Below are positions 28,832-37,850 of a stretch of 64,000 bases of DNA, in pieces; position 1 is the stretch's first letter, and the number at the start of each line of letters is the position of its first letter. Origin of the DNA: an uncultured Burkholderiales bacterium. Its GTDB lineage: Bacteria; Vulcanimicrobiota; Xenobia; Xenobiales; JADMJV01. Where the stretch lies: the NCBI GenBank assembly GCA_964649085.1, contig CAZYPN010000003.1:139076-203075 (forward strand), given 5' to 3'. The notes beneath the pieces are model-generated. The model saw only the letters and a list, made by a program, of their open reading frames with translations, was not told the DNA's origin and ran no database searches. Position numbers and translations under genes: made by a program.

Positions 28832-30343
28832 TTGCAGACATCCTCTCCGTTGCGAACGACCACAAAGCTCTCGCCGGTAGCGAATACGATTGACCAGATC
28901 GGAGAGGTGGCGTGCGGCTTCAGTTGCCTGGACTCGTTTGACTATGTTTGCAGTATAATCAGAAAACCAGATTCCACAATCACTTCTCGGAACTTCTCCA
29001 CCGTGTCGACAGGATTGCTCGAGTGGTTGAATAATTTTCACCGCACTGTGCTTCCGGGCATCCTGGTCCTTCTGATTTTCCTGGCGGCGGCCGGCCTTAT
29101 GCTGACCCGCCGGCTTCCTGCTTTGCTGGCCTTGCCCCTCATGGCCCTCTCGATCGGCCTGGTCGCCGGAATGAACCAGCCCGACTGGAGCTGGAGCGGC
29201 ACGCTGCAGCCGCTGCTTTTCGACAAGATCCTCGGCGATGGCAGCAAGCGCCTGGCTGGTGCCATGGTGACCACCATGTTTGGCGCCATTCTCTCGCAGG
29301 TGGTGATGCGCCAGGGCATTGCCCGCCAGCTGGTGCGCCTGGCCGCCGAGTATGCCGGCGACCGCAAGCAGCTGTTGGCGTTGGTGTTGTTTACGGCGGT
29401 CGCGGCCAACTTTTCGGCCCTCAGCGGCCTGGGCGCGGTGATTATGGTGGGGTCGCTGGTGCTGCCCATCCTTGTGAGCAGCGGCTTTTCTCCTCGCTAC
29501 GCGGCCACCCTGATGCTGCTGGGCATCGGCCTGGGGGGGATTTTTAACCCGGCCAACTGGAGACTTTACATCGATCTGCTGAAGATCGAGCCGGAAATCG
29601 TGCGCGCTCACGCCCTGCACGTGGCCGGCTTGCTGGCCGTGGTCAGCGTCTTTTACCTCTTGTTCGAGGGCAGCCGTCAGTCCAAGGTGTTTGCCTGGGC
29701 CGCACCCGTCGACGAGGACGAGGCCGGCCCGCAGGTGCCCGCCATCGCACTGCTGACGCCCATTCTGCCTCCGCTGCTGATGCTCAGCCTGAAGTGGCCC
29801 GACATCCCGGCCTTTCTGGCAGCCATCCTGTTCGGCTGCGTGGTTACTCAGCCGCGCCGGCTGGTGACCAATCTGACGGCCTCGATTCTCGAGGGGCTCA
29901 AGGATGTCAGCCCGGTCATCGGCCTGTTCCTGGGGCTGGGCATGACCCTGGTGGCCACCATGGACCCCTCGGCCGAGGCCATTATGAAGCCCTTCCTGCT
30001 GCGGGTGCTGCCCTCGACGCCCATGACCTACGTGGCCTTCTTCACGCTGCTGGCCCCGCTGACGCTCTATCGCGGACCCTTCAACCTGTATGGCCTGGGG
30101 GCGGGTTTTGCGGCGCTGATGGCCCAGTCGGCGGTGCTGCCTCCGGTGGCCGTGATGATGGCCTTTATGAGCGTGGGTCAGGTGCAGTCGGTGTGCGACC
30201 CGACCAACACCCACAATGTCTGGATCGGTCAGTTCGTGCACGAGTCGCCCGACCGCATTCTCAAGCACACTTTGCCCTATCTGTGGGTATATGTGCTCCT
30301 CACCCTGACTTACGGGGTGGTCGTTAAGGGAGTGATGAGTTGA
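28832..30343 (+). CDS. Polytopic membrane permease (GntP/CitMHS/DcuC-like ion-transporter-superfamily topology); start uncertain
   Basis: About 12 predicted TM segments. The stop overlaps the hydantoinase-family start (ATGA). Confidence 0.55.
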   Translation: MQTSSPLRTTTKLSPVANTIDQIGEVACGFSCLDSFDYVCSIIRKPDSTITSRNFSTVSTGLLEWLNNFHRTVLPGILVLLIFLAAAGLMLTRRLPALLALPLMALSIGLVAGMNQPDWSWSGTLQPLLFDKILGDGSKRLAGAMVTTMFGAILSQVVMRQGIARQLVRLAAEYAGDRKQLLALVLFTAVAANFSALSGLGAVIMVGSLVLPILVSSGFSPRYAATLMLLGIGLGGIFNPANWRLYIDLLKIEPEIVRAHALHVAGLLAVVSVFYLLFEGSRQSKVFAWAAPVDEDEAGPQVPAIALLTPILPPLLMLSLKWPDIPAFLAAILFGCVVTQPRRLVTNLTASILEGLKDVSPVIGLFLGLGMTLVATMDPSAEAIMKPFLLRVLPSTPMTYVAFFTLLAPLTLYRGPFNLYGLGAGFAALMAQSAVLPPVAVMMAFMSVGQVQSVCDPTNTHNVWIGQFVHESPDRILKHTLPYLWVYVLLTLTYGVVVKGVMS

Positions 30344-32472
30344 GTCAGCGTTTGCGGGTCGGAATCGATGTGGGTGGCACCTTCACCCACGCCGTGGCCA
30401 TCGACAATCAAAGCCTGGAAGTGGTGCACCACGCCGTCACTCCCACTACCCACCATCACGCCAACGGCGTGGCCGAAGGCATTGTGCAGGTCTTTCACCA
30501 GCTGCTCGAGGGGCTGCCCGAAGCCCAGGTGGTGTTTCTGGCCCACAGCACCACTCAGGCCACCAACGCCCTGCTGGAGGGCGACGTGGTACGGGTGGGC
30601 GTGCTGGGCCTGGCCAGTGCCCTCGACCTCAAGGCCAAGGCCGACATGGAGGTGGGAGCCATCGAACTGGCTCCCGGCAAGTTCTTGCAGACCTCTCTGG
30701 TGGTGCGCCCCGACAAAGGGCTCACGCCCGAGGTGCTGACCAGCGCCGTGCAGGAGCTGCAGCAGGCCGGTTGCGGGGCGGTGGCGGCCTGCCAGCCCAT
30801 GAGCGTCGACGACAGCCGGGGCGAGTTGATGGCTATGGAAGCCGCCCAGCAGGCCGGGCTGCCCGCTTGCGGCAGCCACGAAATGTCGGGCCTCTACGGG
30901 CTGCAAAAACGCACCCGCACGGCCGTGCTCAACGCCAGCATTCTGCCGCGCATGATGGAAACCGCCAACATGACCGAGTCGGGGCTGCGCCGGGCCGGGG
31001 TCGAGGCGCCCCTGATGATCATGCGCTCCGACGGCGGCGTTATGGGTTTGGAAGAGGTGCGCAAACGGCCCGTGCTCACCTTGCTGTCGGGGCCGGCCGC
31101 GGGCATTGCCGCCGCGCTGGTCTACCTGCGGGCCTCGGACGCCTTGTTTTTGGAGGTGGGGGGCACCTCTACCGACATCTGTCTGGTGAAAGACGGTCGC
31201 GCGGCCATCCAGAGCGCCACCCTGGGCGGACACCCCACCTTTCTCAAAACCCTCGACAGCCGCACCCTGGGCGTGGCCGGCGGTTCCATGCTGCGCTCGG
31301 GCGGGCGCACCGAAGTGGGCCCCCGCAGTGCCCATCTGGCCGGCTGCCGCTACGCTTCCTTTACTCCGGCCGAGTGGTTCGACGAGAGCGTGGAACTGGT
31401 GGCCCTAAAACCGTTGCCCAGCGATCCCGACTACTGGGTGTTTCAAAAAGGCGAAGAGCGGGTCACCGTGACCACCACCTGCGCCGCCAACTTTCTGGGC
31501 TATGTGCCTTCGGGTGGCTACAGCCAGGGTCAACAGACCAGCCTGGAGCGTGCCTTTGCGCTGTTGGGAGCAGCCACCGGCAAGCCGGCCCAGCAGCTGG
31601 CCCGCGAGATGCTGGAGAACATGGCCGAGAAGATCACGCCTACGTTGCGCCAGCTGATCGCCGACTACAAGGTGGGCGATCGGGCCCTGAAGCTGATCGG
31701 CGGTGGGGGAGGGGCGGCCGCGGTGGTGCCCTTCCTGGCCGAGAAACTGTCGATGCCCCACGAAATCGCCCCCCGGGCCGAGGTGATCTCGGCCATCGGC
31801 GCCGCTCTGGCCATGGTCAAAGAGAGCCTGGAGCGCAACCTGGTCAACCCCTCCCAGAGCGAGCTGGCGGCGCTGCGCAGCGAGGCCGAGCAGGCGGTGA
31901 TCCGCATGGGCGCCGACCCCGACACCGTGGAGGTGCAGATCGAAATCGACGCCCAGCGCAACCTGGTGCGGGCCGTGGCTACCGGCTCGGTGGCCTTTGT
32001 GGCTCAGGACCTGCTGCAGCAGGTGGTGACCGAAGAAGAGCGACTCAAGGCCCTGCGCGAAGCTGCCCCGCGCGAGCAAGAGGTGGTGCTCAAAGGCCAG
32101 ACCGACACCCTGTTTTTGTATGAGAGCGAGCGCAAAGAGAAGTTCTTCCTCAACCTGTTGACGCGCAAGAAGCAAACCGTCTGGGTTACCGACGGCCGAG
32201 GCGGGGTCAAGCTGCAGGTGCCCGGGGGCAAGCTGGTGCCGGCCCAGGGGCAGAGCTGGAGCAAGGGCCTGGAGCGGGTGCTGCAGCAGCACACCGAATA
32301 CGGCGACGCCGGAGCCCTGCTGCCGGCCCTGCACGTGGTGGCCGGGCGCAAGCTGGTCGACCTGACCTCGCTGCAAACCACCGAGCAGGTGCTGGGATTG
32401 GCCCAGCAAGAGCTGAGCGCCATGCACCTGGCCGAACAGCCGGTCTATTTCTTGATTCATCCGCGGGCCTGA
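30340..32472 (+). CDS. Hydantoinase/oxoprolinase (HyuA)-family protein
   Basis: GIDVGGTFTHAV at the N-terminus (Hydant_A_N motif). Second ATPase-like domain LEVGGTSTDICLV. 710 aa. Confidence 0.8.
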   Translation: MSQRLRVGIDVGGTFTHAVAIDNQSLEVVHHAVTPTTHHHANGVAEGIVQVFHQLLEGLPEAQVVFLAHSTTQATNALLEGDVVRVGVLGLASALDLKAKADMEVGAIELAPGKFLQTSLVVRPDKGLTPEVLTSAVQELQQAGCGAVAACQPMSVDDSRGELMAMEAAQQAGLPACGSHEMSGLYGLQKRTRTAVLNASILPRMMETANMTESGLRRAGVEAPLMIMRSDGGVMGLEEVRKRPVLTLLSGPAAGIAAALVYLRASDALFLEVGGTSTDICLVKDGRAAIQSATLGGHPTFLKTLDSRTLGVAGGSMLRSGGRTEVGPRSAHLAGCRYASFTPAEWFDESVELVALKPLPSDPDYWVFQKGEERVTVTTTCAANFLGYVPSGGYSQGQQTSLERAFALLGAATGKPAQQLAREMLENMAEKITPTLRQLIADYKVGDRALKLIGGGGGAAAVVPFLAEKLSMPHEIAPRAEVISAIGAALAMVKESLERNLVNPSQSELAALRSEAEQAVIRMGADPDTVEVQIEIDAQRNLVRAVATGSVAFVAQDLLQQVVTEEERLKALREAAPREQEVVLKGQTDTLFLYESERKEKFFLNLLTRKKQTVWVTDGRGGVKLQVPGGKLVPAQGQSWSKGLERVLQQHTEYGDAGALLPALHVVAGRKLVDLTSLQTTEQVLGLAQQELSAMHLAEQPVYFLIHPRA

Positions 32473-32515
32473 GGCTGTCGCAGTTGCCGCGAGGCGTCGC
32501 GCTACTCTCCATTCT

Positions 32516-32863
32516 TTAGCGGGCGAGAAACTTATCTCGCGCATCGGCGACATCGAGCCGAGCTCCGCGCGACAGCAGGAACTCTACCTTTTCCGGCCGA
32601 TCCAGGCAGAAGGTTATCAGACTGCCGCCGGCGTTGATATCCCAGCCTGCCTGTAGCAGGCTACCTACAGCGTCAAGTCGACCCAGCCTCAGGGCCGCCA
32701 ATAACGGATTGGGGACGTTGGGCGCGCACTCCCAGGGCGCGGGCGGAGAAACCAGGGGTTGGCCGGCTTGAACTTGAGCGATCCATTCACGGCGCTTCAC
32801 GGCGTCACTCCGCGGCCAGGAGATAGCCGGGCTCCCATCGTATTCTAGAACGTCCACTTGCAA
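32516..32863 (-). CDS. Ankyrin-repeat protein fragment, possibly frameshifted with the upstream 62-aa ORF (32867..33055)
   Basis: LLAALRLGRLDAVGSLLQAGWDINAGG is ankyrin-like. The two small ORFs are 4 nt apart in different frames. Confidence 0.35.
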   Translation of the reverse strand: MQVDVLEYDGSPAISWPRSDAVKRREWIAQVQAGQPLVSPPAPWECAPNVPNPLLAALRLGRLDAVGSLLQAGWDINAGGSLITFCLDRPEKVEFLLSRGARLDVADARDKFLAR

Positions 32864-33394
32864 AGTCTAAGGGTTGGCGTCTCGAAGGCGAATGAATTCA
32901 TCGAGCAAATGCTGAACGGGTTCAGGCTGGGGTAGCTCTTCTTCGAGCAATCGTTCGAGCGCCCGTACGGCGTCGGCATAACGTTTTTGGGCGGCCAGCT
33001 CTTTGGCATACGAGACCCACTGCTCGACAATCGGTTCCCAGCTTTCCTTGCTCATCTCCTGGCCGTTTTCGGCGGAGGGCGAGTCAAATCTTTTCCGTCA
33101 ACCTCAGTCCCCGATTTCTGCCAGCTCGAATTGCTGTCCGTTGAAGTGAAAGTCTACAAAGTTGCCGCTGCGAGCCGTGAAGATCAGGCGGATCCTCGGA
33201 TACTCCGAGGAGCCCGCCAGGATATGCGGCCCGGCCTTTCCCTCGGGGCTTTCGGCCAGGTCGTCCATGTCGGTGTGGAAAGGTTCCTCGAAGGGCTCAC
33301 TCACGAAACGCAGGTCACCCTGGCCGGAGAGGATTTGAAACTGCTTGCGGGCCGTGGGCGCAAGGTTAGGCTTCCCCGGGTCGAACGACAACGG

Positions 33395-33946
33395 ATGTCC
33401 CATTACTCCGCTATGCTTCGCGACCACTATTCCCTCTCTTTCCCGCACTTCAAGGAAGAATGCCGACGCAGCGATGGACGAGCGCGCGAATTTACCCGAG
33501 ACGTTTGTGTGCTCCGCTATCGTCTGGACTCCGGACAACAGGTGTTTGCCACCTGCGGAATGGGAAGCACCGCGGATCAGCAGGGCTTGGAGTTGCATTG
33601 GGTAACGGAACACAACCTCTCCGATCCCGACACCATCGTCCTACTGCTCTACGCTGTTGCTCTTGAACACGCTACGAACTCGCGTCTGGGCCTGGAACAC
33701 ACGGTTGATTTTGGGCAGCCCTGGCAACCCGGATCTTCCTGCACTCGTGGCCTGGTTTCGCTGCCCTACCGGTTTGGGCCAGCCCTGGAATGGCCTACAG
33801 CTCTCAAGGTTCGCTGTCTCTGGCTTATTCCAGTAACGGAAGCCGAAGTCGAGTTCAAGAAACTGCACGGCACCGAGGCGCTGGAAGCCCGATTTGACTC
33901 GGACCCCCACTTCTATTGCAACCCCTCGCGTCGGTCCTTCGCTTGA
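33395..33946 (+). CDS. SUFU (suppressor-of-fused) domain protein, polymorphic-toxin immunity-type
   Basis: The ATG at 33395 gives 183 aa. VCVLRYRLDSGQQVFATCGMGS parallels the SUFU YVSMYR...HWHYISFGLS region. C-terminal LWLIPVTEAEVEFKKLHGTEALEA...DPHFYCNPSRRS parallels SUFU FLQIVGVCTEEL...LITDMRRGETIF. Confidence 0.6.
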   Translation: MSHYSAMLRDHYSLSFPHFKEECRRSDGRAREFTRDVCVLRYRLDSGQQVFATCGMGSTADQQGLELHWVTEHNLSDPDTIVLLLYAVALEHATNSRLGLEHTVDFGQPWQPGSSCTRGLVSLPYRFGPALEWPTALKVRCLWLIPVTEAEVEFKKLHGTEALEARFDSDPHFYCNPSRRSFA

Positions 33947-33979
33947 ATTTCCAGAACCTTCATCCGCGAATCTAACAGG

Positions 33980-35353
33980 GTGGCATCTGGCAGGCGAATA
34001 GGGGACGAGCGGGTCAGGAGCGAACCGCAAGGCGTGGACGCCCGTGAGCTTTACCAATGCTTTGATCCAGGCCAGCCAGCAACAGAGGAGAGCTACTGCA
34101 ACCTGGCGGCGGTGCGGGGAGGCGACGCTTACGTGCGGCGAGTTCAGCGCACCCTGGAGCTTTCCGCAGAGCAGCCGATTCGCGGACTGTTTTCGGGCCA
34201 TATTGGGTGTGGCAAGAGCTCGGAGCTGCGCAAACTGGCGACGGAACTGGAGAGCGCGGGAAGTTTTTTTCCCATATTGGTCGATACCACGTCCTTCCTC
34301 GATGACAACGACGTTTCGTCGGTCGACCTGCTGCTTGGGTTGGTGGCCGAAGTGGCTGCGCAGCTAAAACCTCGTCTACCTGTGCCCCTGGAAGACTCCT
34401 ACTTTTCAGCAAAGCTGAGGGAACTGAGCGAGTTTCTGGGAAGCGAAGTGAAGCCGGATGAACTCCAACTGCCATGGTTCAAGGCTCGATTGCAGCAAGC
34501 CAGGAGTACGAACAGCCTGCGCGAGCGAATTCGCGAGAACTTTCGCAGCGAGGCTGCCACCCTATATGAGCAGGCCAATTCCTTTATAGAAAAGGCCCGT
34601 CAGGCCTTGCGTAAGCTGGGATTCAACAATCTGGTGGTGATTTTAGATAACCTTGAAAAGGTGCGTCGGTATCGAGGGGATCGACAGGGGTCAGGTCACG
34701 TAGAAGACCTTTTTATTGCCGATGCCCCCATGTTGAACGCCCTGCGCTGTCACGCTATCTTCACGGTTCCGCTGAGCCTCGTGAGGTCTCGAGGGCCAGA
34801 ACTTTCGAATCTCTACTCGGTCGAGCCGTTTGTGTTGCCCATGGTAAAAATCGAGACACGGTCGCGCCAGCCCTTTGCTGACGGACGCGAGGCTTTGCGT
34901 CGGCTGGTGGAAAAGCGAGTCTCCAAATTGGCTCCCCTCGAAGAATGGTGCGAGGTTGAGGCCCTGGATATTCTGATCGGCTATTCAGGCGGAGATGTCC
35001 GCTTGTTGATGCGCTTACTGAGAGAGTGCCTGAATCTGACCGAAAAATTTCCGCTGACGACCTTGACGGCTCGCCGGGCGCTGAAGCCGGTGATTACGGC
35101 GTTCTCAACCTCGGTGCCCGAGAGCTTCTGGCCCAAGTTGGTCAAGCTGCATTGTTCAAAGGACGCGGCCATTTCCACGGATGACGCCGACTATGTCAAA
35201 ATGCTGGAGCAGTCTCACATCCTGGAGTATCTGAACGGCGAGCAGAGCGACGACCCGTTGCTCGCAGCTATTCCCTGGTACGCCGTCCATCCGCTGGTTC
35301 GAGAACTTCCCAAGTTTAAGGGTCATCTGGAAACCGCCGCCGGTGGAGGCTGA
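33980..35353 (+). CDS. P-loop NTPase (STAND/AAA-like) with Walker A and Walker B motifs
   Basis: GLFSGHIGCGKSSELRKL (Walker A), NNLVVILDNLEKV (Walker B) and a helical C-terminal half. It sits 34 nt downstream of the SUFU gene. Confidence 0.6.
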   Translation: MASGRRIGDERVRSEPQGVDARELYQCFDPGQPATEESYCNLAAVRGGDAYVRRVQRTLELSAEQPIRGLFSGHIGCGKSSELRKLATELESAGSFFPILVDTTSFLDDNDVSSVDLLLGLVAEVAAQLKPRLPVPLEDSYFSAKLRELSEFLGSEVKPDELQLPWFKARLQQARSTNSLRERIRENFRSEAATLYEQANSFIEKARQALRKLGFNNLVVILDNLEKVRRYRGDRQGSGHVEDLFIADAPMLNALRCHAIFTVPLSLVRSRGPELSNLYSVEPFVLPMVKIETRSRQPFADGREALRRLVEKRVSKLAPLEEWCEVEALDILIGYSGGDVRLLMRLLRECLNLTEKFPLTTLTARRALKPVITAFSTSVPESFWPKLVKLHCSKDAAISTDDADYVKMLEQSHILEYLNGEQSDDPLLAAIPWYAVHPLVRELPKFKGHLETAAGGG

Positions 35354-36623
35354 AGAAACCCTGCAAGCGCTGCGCCGGGCTTTGGCTCTGGCCGAGAAGT
35401 TCTCGCTGCTGGTATGCGTGGTAGAGACCTCCGCGGACCGTCACCGCTATATGGCCGCCCTGAGTTGGGGGGCGACTCCTGGGACGATTCACTTTCTGTG
35501 GCTGCAGAGTCCACCCCAGGATTGGGCCGGCCAACTGAAGACGAACGAGGGACCCCTTCATCTGGGCGGTTTCGAGCATTGGGGGGAAGAGTTGATTGGC
35601 GCTTTGCATCGGCTCAACGCCGCTCGGGAGGAGGTGGCGGTCGCTTTTCCATACCCCCTGGTCTTGTGGCTTTCGGCCGGAAGCTTTCGGGCGTTGAGTG
35701 AGCACGCCCCAGATTTCTTCTCTATCCGCTCGGGGACGTTCTTCTTTCCAAGTCAGGCTACCCGAACCGATTTCAGAATTCTCTGGGGCTATGCACCCGC
35801 GGAAATTGTTTTGACGCCAGCCGGGCGAACTCGGCGAGTGGCTGAAGTGCAGCGTCTACTACCCGGTATTCGAGAGCTTATGGAGCAGGCGATGCATCGA
35901 CTGCATCTCGCCCGGCTATGGGAACTTGAAGGGGAACCCCAACGGGCCTTGGATTCGCTGAACCTCGACTGCACGGGCGTTCCAGGCACCATGCTTCGGC
36001 TGCATCGCTTCGCTATCGCGGTGCGTTTGGCCGCGGGGCAAGAACTCTTCGAAAAGAACGCTATCTCAATACTCGCCGAACTCAATGACCTCGGCCTTCC
36101 CGACGATGGCCCCTCGGCTCAGTGTTTTCTAACCGGGCGCTACATCGATGCCTATTTGCAGAGCTATTGGGGAAATCCCGAACTCGTGGAACGGCATTTA
36201 GTCTATTTGCAGCGTTACTCTTCAATGTGGCCAGACGGTGAAGCTCAGTGGGCTCACCTGACGGCTGCCTGTCAGATTCAACGGGGCGAATTCGACGCGG
36301 CTCGTGAGTCGCTGCTGCAAGCGCTGAAGCAGACTGAGGCCAAGCTCTCGAGTCATCACCCTCATTGGTCCTTGATCCAGTGGTCACAAGCCCGTCTGCT
36401 TCATTTGTTGGGAAATTGGAATGAGGCGCGCGCGCTGGGTGAACGGTGCCTGCAGGCTCTAGAACCCTGGTTCGCCGGTCCTTCGCGCGAGTTGGAATTG
36501 CTGCTCGGCTGGCTGGCCGGGGTCTGTCGGGATATTGGCGATGACCAGTCTGCTTGCACCTACCAGCGGCTGGCCGAGAGTCGTCGGGTGCAGCCTCTTT
36601 TGACGGTCCAACTCGGCCCGTAA
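35343..36623 (+). CDS. TPR-like helical repeat protein; possibly the C-terminal sensor half of the upstream NTPase (frameshift)
   Basis: The GTG start overlaps the NTPase ORF by 11 nt. The +0 frame is open from 35235. C-terminal TPR-like repeats (AARESLLQALKQTEA, WNEARALGERCLQALE). Confidence 0.5.
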   Translation: MEAEETLQALRRALALAEKFSLLVCVVETSADRHRYMAALSWGATPGTIHFLWLQSPPQDWAGQLKTNEGPLHLGGFEHWGEELIGALHRLNAAREEVAVAFPYPLVLWLSAGSFRALSEHAPDFFSIRSGTFFFPSQATRTDFRILWGYAPAEIVLTPAGRTRRVAEVQRLLPGIRELMEQAMHRLHLARLWELEGEPQRALDSLNLDCTGVPGTMLRLHRFAIAVRLAAGQELFEKNAISILAELNDLGLPDDGPSAQCFLTGRYIDAYLQSYWGNPELVERHLVYLQRYSSMWPDGEAQWAHLTAACQIQRGEFDAARESLLQALKQTEAKLSSHHPHWSLIQWSQARLLHLLGNWNEARALGERCLQALEPWFAGPSRELELLLGWLAGVCRDIGDDQSACTYQRLAESRRVQPLLTVQLGP

Positions 36624-36677
36624 CTCTCGAATGCGAATCGTCAACCTCAGTCCCGATTTCCGCCAGCTCAAATTGCA

Positions 36678-36846
36678 GTGGTGCACCACGCCGTGACTCC
36701 CACCACCCACCATCACGCCAACGGCGTAGCCGAAGGCATTGTGCAGGTCTTTCACCAGCTGCTCGAGGGGCTGCCCGAAGCCCAGGTGGTGTTTCTGGCC
36801 CACAGCACCACCCAGGCCACCAATGCGCTGCTGGAAGGCGACGTGT
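36678..36846 (+). pseudogene. Fragment of a second hydantoinase-family gene copy (codons ~27-83), ~95% identical to 30419..30588
   Basis: Direct nucleotide comparison: gtggtgcaccacgccgtgactcccaccacccaccatcacgccaacggcgt... matches the intact gene. The reading frame collapses after ALLEGDV. Confidence 0.85.
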
Positions 36847-37189
36847 TCAAGCTGGCCGAATCTTCAAGATCCTCCGCAGGGAAACTTCGATCTCGAGCAG
36901 GTCCTCATCTGCAAGTCGACCCAACAGATTCCGCACGCGGCTCTTGTCCACGGCGCGGATCTGCTCAACGCGAGCTTTGGAATTCGACCCCGCCCAGGGA
37001 ACCGAAACCAGCAGTGGTGGCACAGCCGGCGCCTTGGTGGTCGTGAGCAGGACTACGATAACGGTCTTTCGATGGTTGTTGACCTCGTCGGTCGAAACAA
37101 CCACGCAAGGTCTCGTCCTGGCCTGCTCTTAGCCTCGGAACGGGTCGAGGTTCACCCAATATTACCTGACTTCTCGCGATCGTCATCAC
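36847..37189 (-). pseudogene. MazF/PemK-family toxin pseudogene with two in-frame TAA stops and an N-terminal frameshift
   Basis: The single-frame translation reads ...REVR*YWVNLDPFRG*EQARTRPCVVVSTDEVNNHRKTVIVVLLTTT...VEQIRAVDKSRVRNLLGRLADEDLLEIEVSLRRILKI. It parallels MazF RGDIYWVDLDPTRGSEQAGRRPALVVS...DQIRTIDKSRL...LS.E.M..V..AL...L. Confidence 0.7.
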
Positions 37190-37356
37190 GGCTCTTTGTG
37201 GGTGCTCTGGGCTGCCCGAAACTGTCTCTCAAACTCGGCAGCGTCAAAAAGATCGGTGTCGTCCAACAGTTCCGAATCCACCCACTCCCGTATTTCCAAT
37301 TCGGCCTCCCCTGACTCTAGCCGGGTCAGCCTCGGAAAGTTGCTGACTCTCGCGCT
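37186..37356 (-). pseudogene. Antitoxin remnant upstream of mazF', with no proper start codon
   Basis: Its stop TGA overlaps the mazF' GTG/ATG (gtgatgacg). It translates to ...EIREWVDSELLDDTDLFDAAEFERQFRAAQSTHKEP*, an acidic C-terminus typical of type II antitoxins. Confidence 0.4.
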
Positions 37357-37470
37357 CTAATTCCCGGCGTAGAAGCTGTATCAGAAACTGGCTCCGTTGG
37401 CGTGGAGGGTTCAAGACCGGTCGGGGCGAGAATGTCGACGGGCCCACCTCGCCGCCAATTCGGGCCCAGG

Positions 37471-37770
37471 CACGAAGATCTGGAGCGCAACCTGGTGTGG
37501 GCCGTGGCCACCGGCTCGGTGGCCTTTGTGGCGCAGGACCTGCTCCAACAGTTGGGAAGAGCGCCTCAAGACATGCAAGAAGCAAACCGTCTGGGCTACC
37601 GACGGCCGGGTTGGAGTCGAGCTGCAGGTGCCCGCCCAGGGCCAGAGCTGGAGCAAGGGCCTGGAGCGGGTGCTGCAGCAATTCATCCGCGTGCTTGAGG
37701 CTGGCGCAGTTGCCGCGAGGCGTTGCGTTACTCTCCATTTTTAGCGGGCGAGAAACTTCTCTCGCACTTG
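37471..37770 (+). pseudogene. 3' fragments of the second hydantoinase-family copy plus its downstream flank, with multiple internal deletions
   Basis: ctggagcgcaacctggt|gcgggccgtggccaccggctcggtggcctttgtggc... matches 31829 and 31965 joined across the 12-nt direct repeat gcgcaacctggt. The downstream flank gaggctg(t/g)cgcagttgccgcgaggcgt...ttagcgggcgagaaactt matches 32470-32545. Confidence 0.85.
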
Positions 37771-37805
37771 TGGGGTCAGGACGAGTTCCCGGTTCTCGCG
37801 TCTTC

Positions 37806-37850
37806 AATGCCGCGCGGCTGACTTCAGACGAATTCCTTTGATAACACGGT
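37806..37850. repeat. Left copy of a ~40-nt imperfect direct repeat (ctgacNtcagacgaattcctttgRWaaSaMSgg)
   Basis: cggctgacttcagacgaattcctttgataacacgg at 37814-37848, compared with cctgctgacgtcagacgaattcctttggacaagaacgg at 53101-53138. It contains an EcoRI site and a near-palindromic CTGACGTCAG. Confidence 0.7.

Noticed and set aside
30771-32123. 450-aa + ORF in an alternative frame inside the hydantoinase-family gene
   Set aside because: It is an Arg/Gly-rich shadow frame. The annotated frame has hydantoinase motifs.
33104-33613. 169-aa minus-strand ORF overlapping the SUFU-like gene
   Set aside because: Its upstream two-thirds is antisense to the well-supported SUFU ORF. Only the last ~90 codons (33104-33390) look protein-like, so at most a small remnant gene exists here. 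I kept it only as a landmark because its 3' end is duplicated at 36639-36676.
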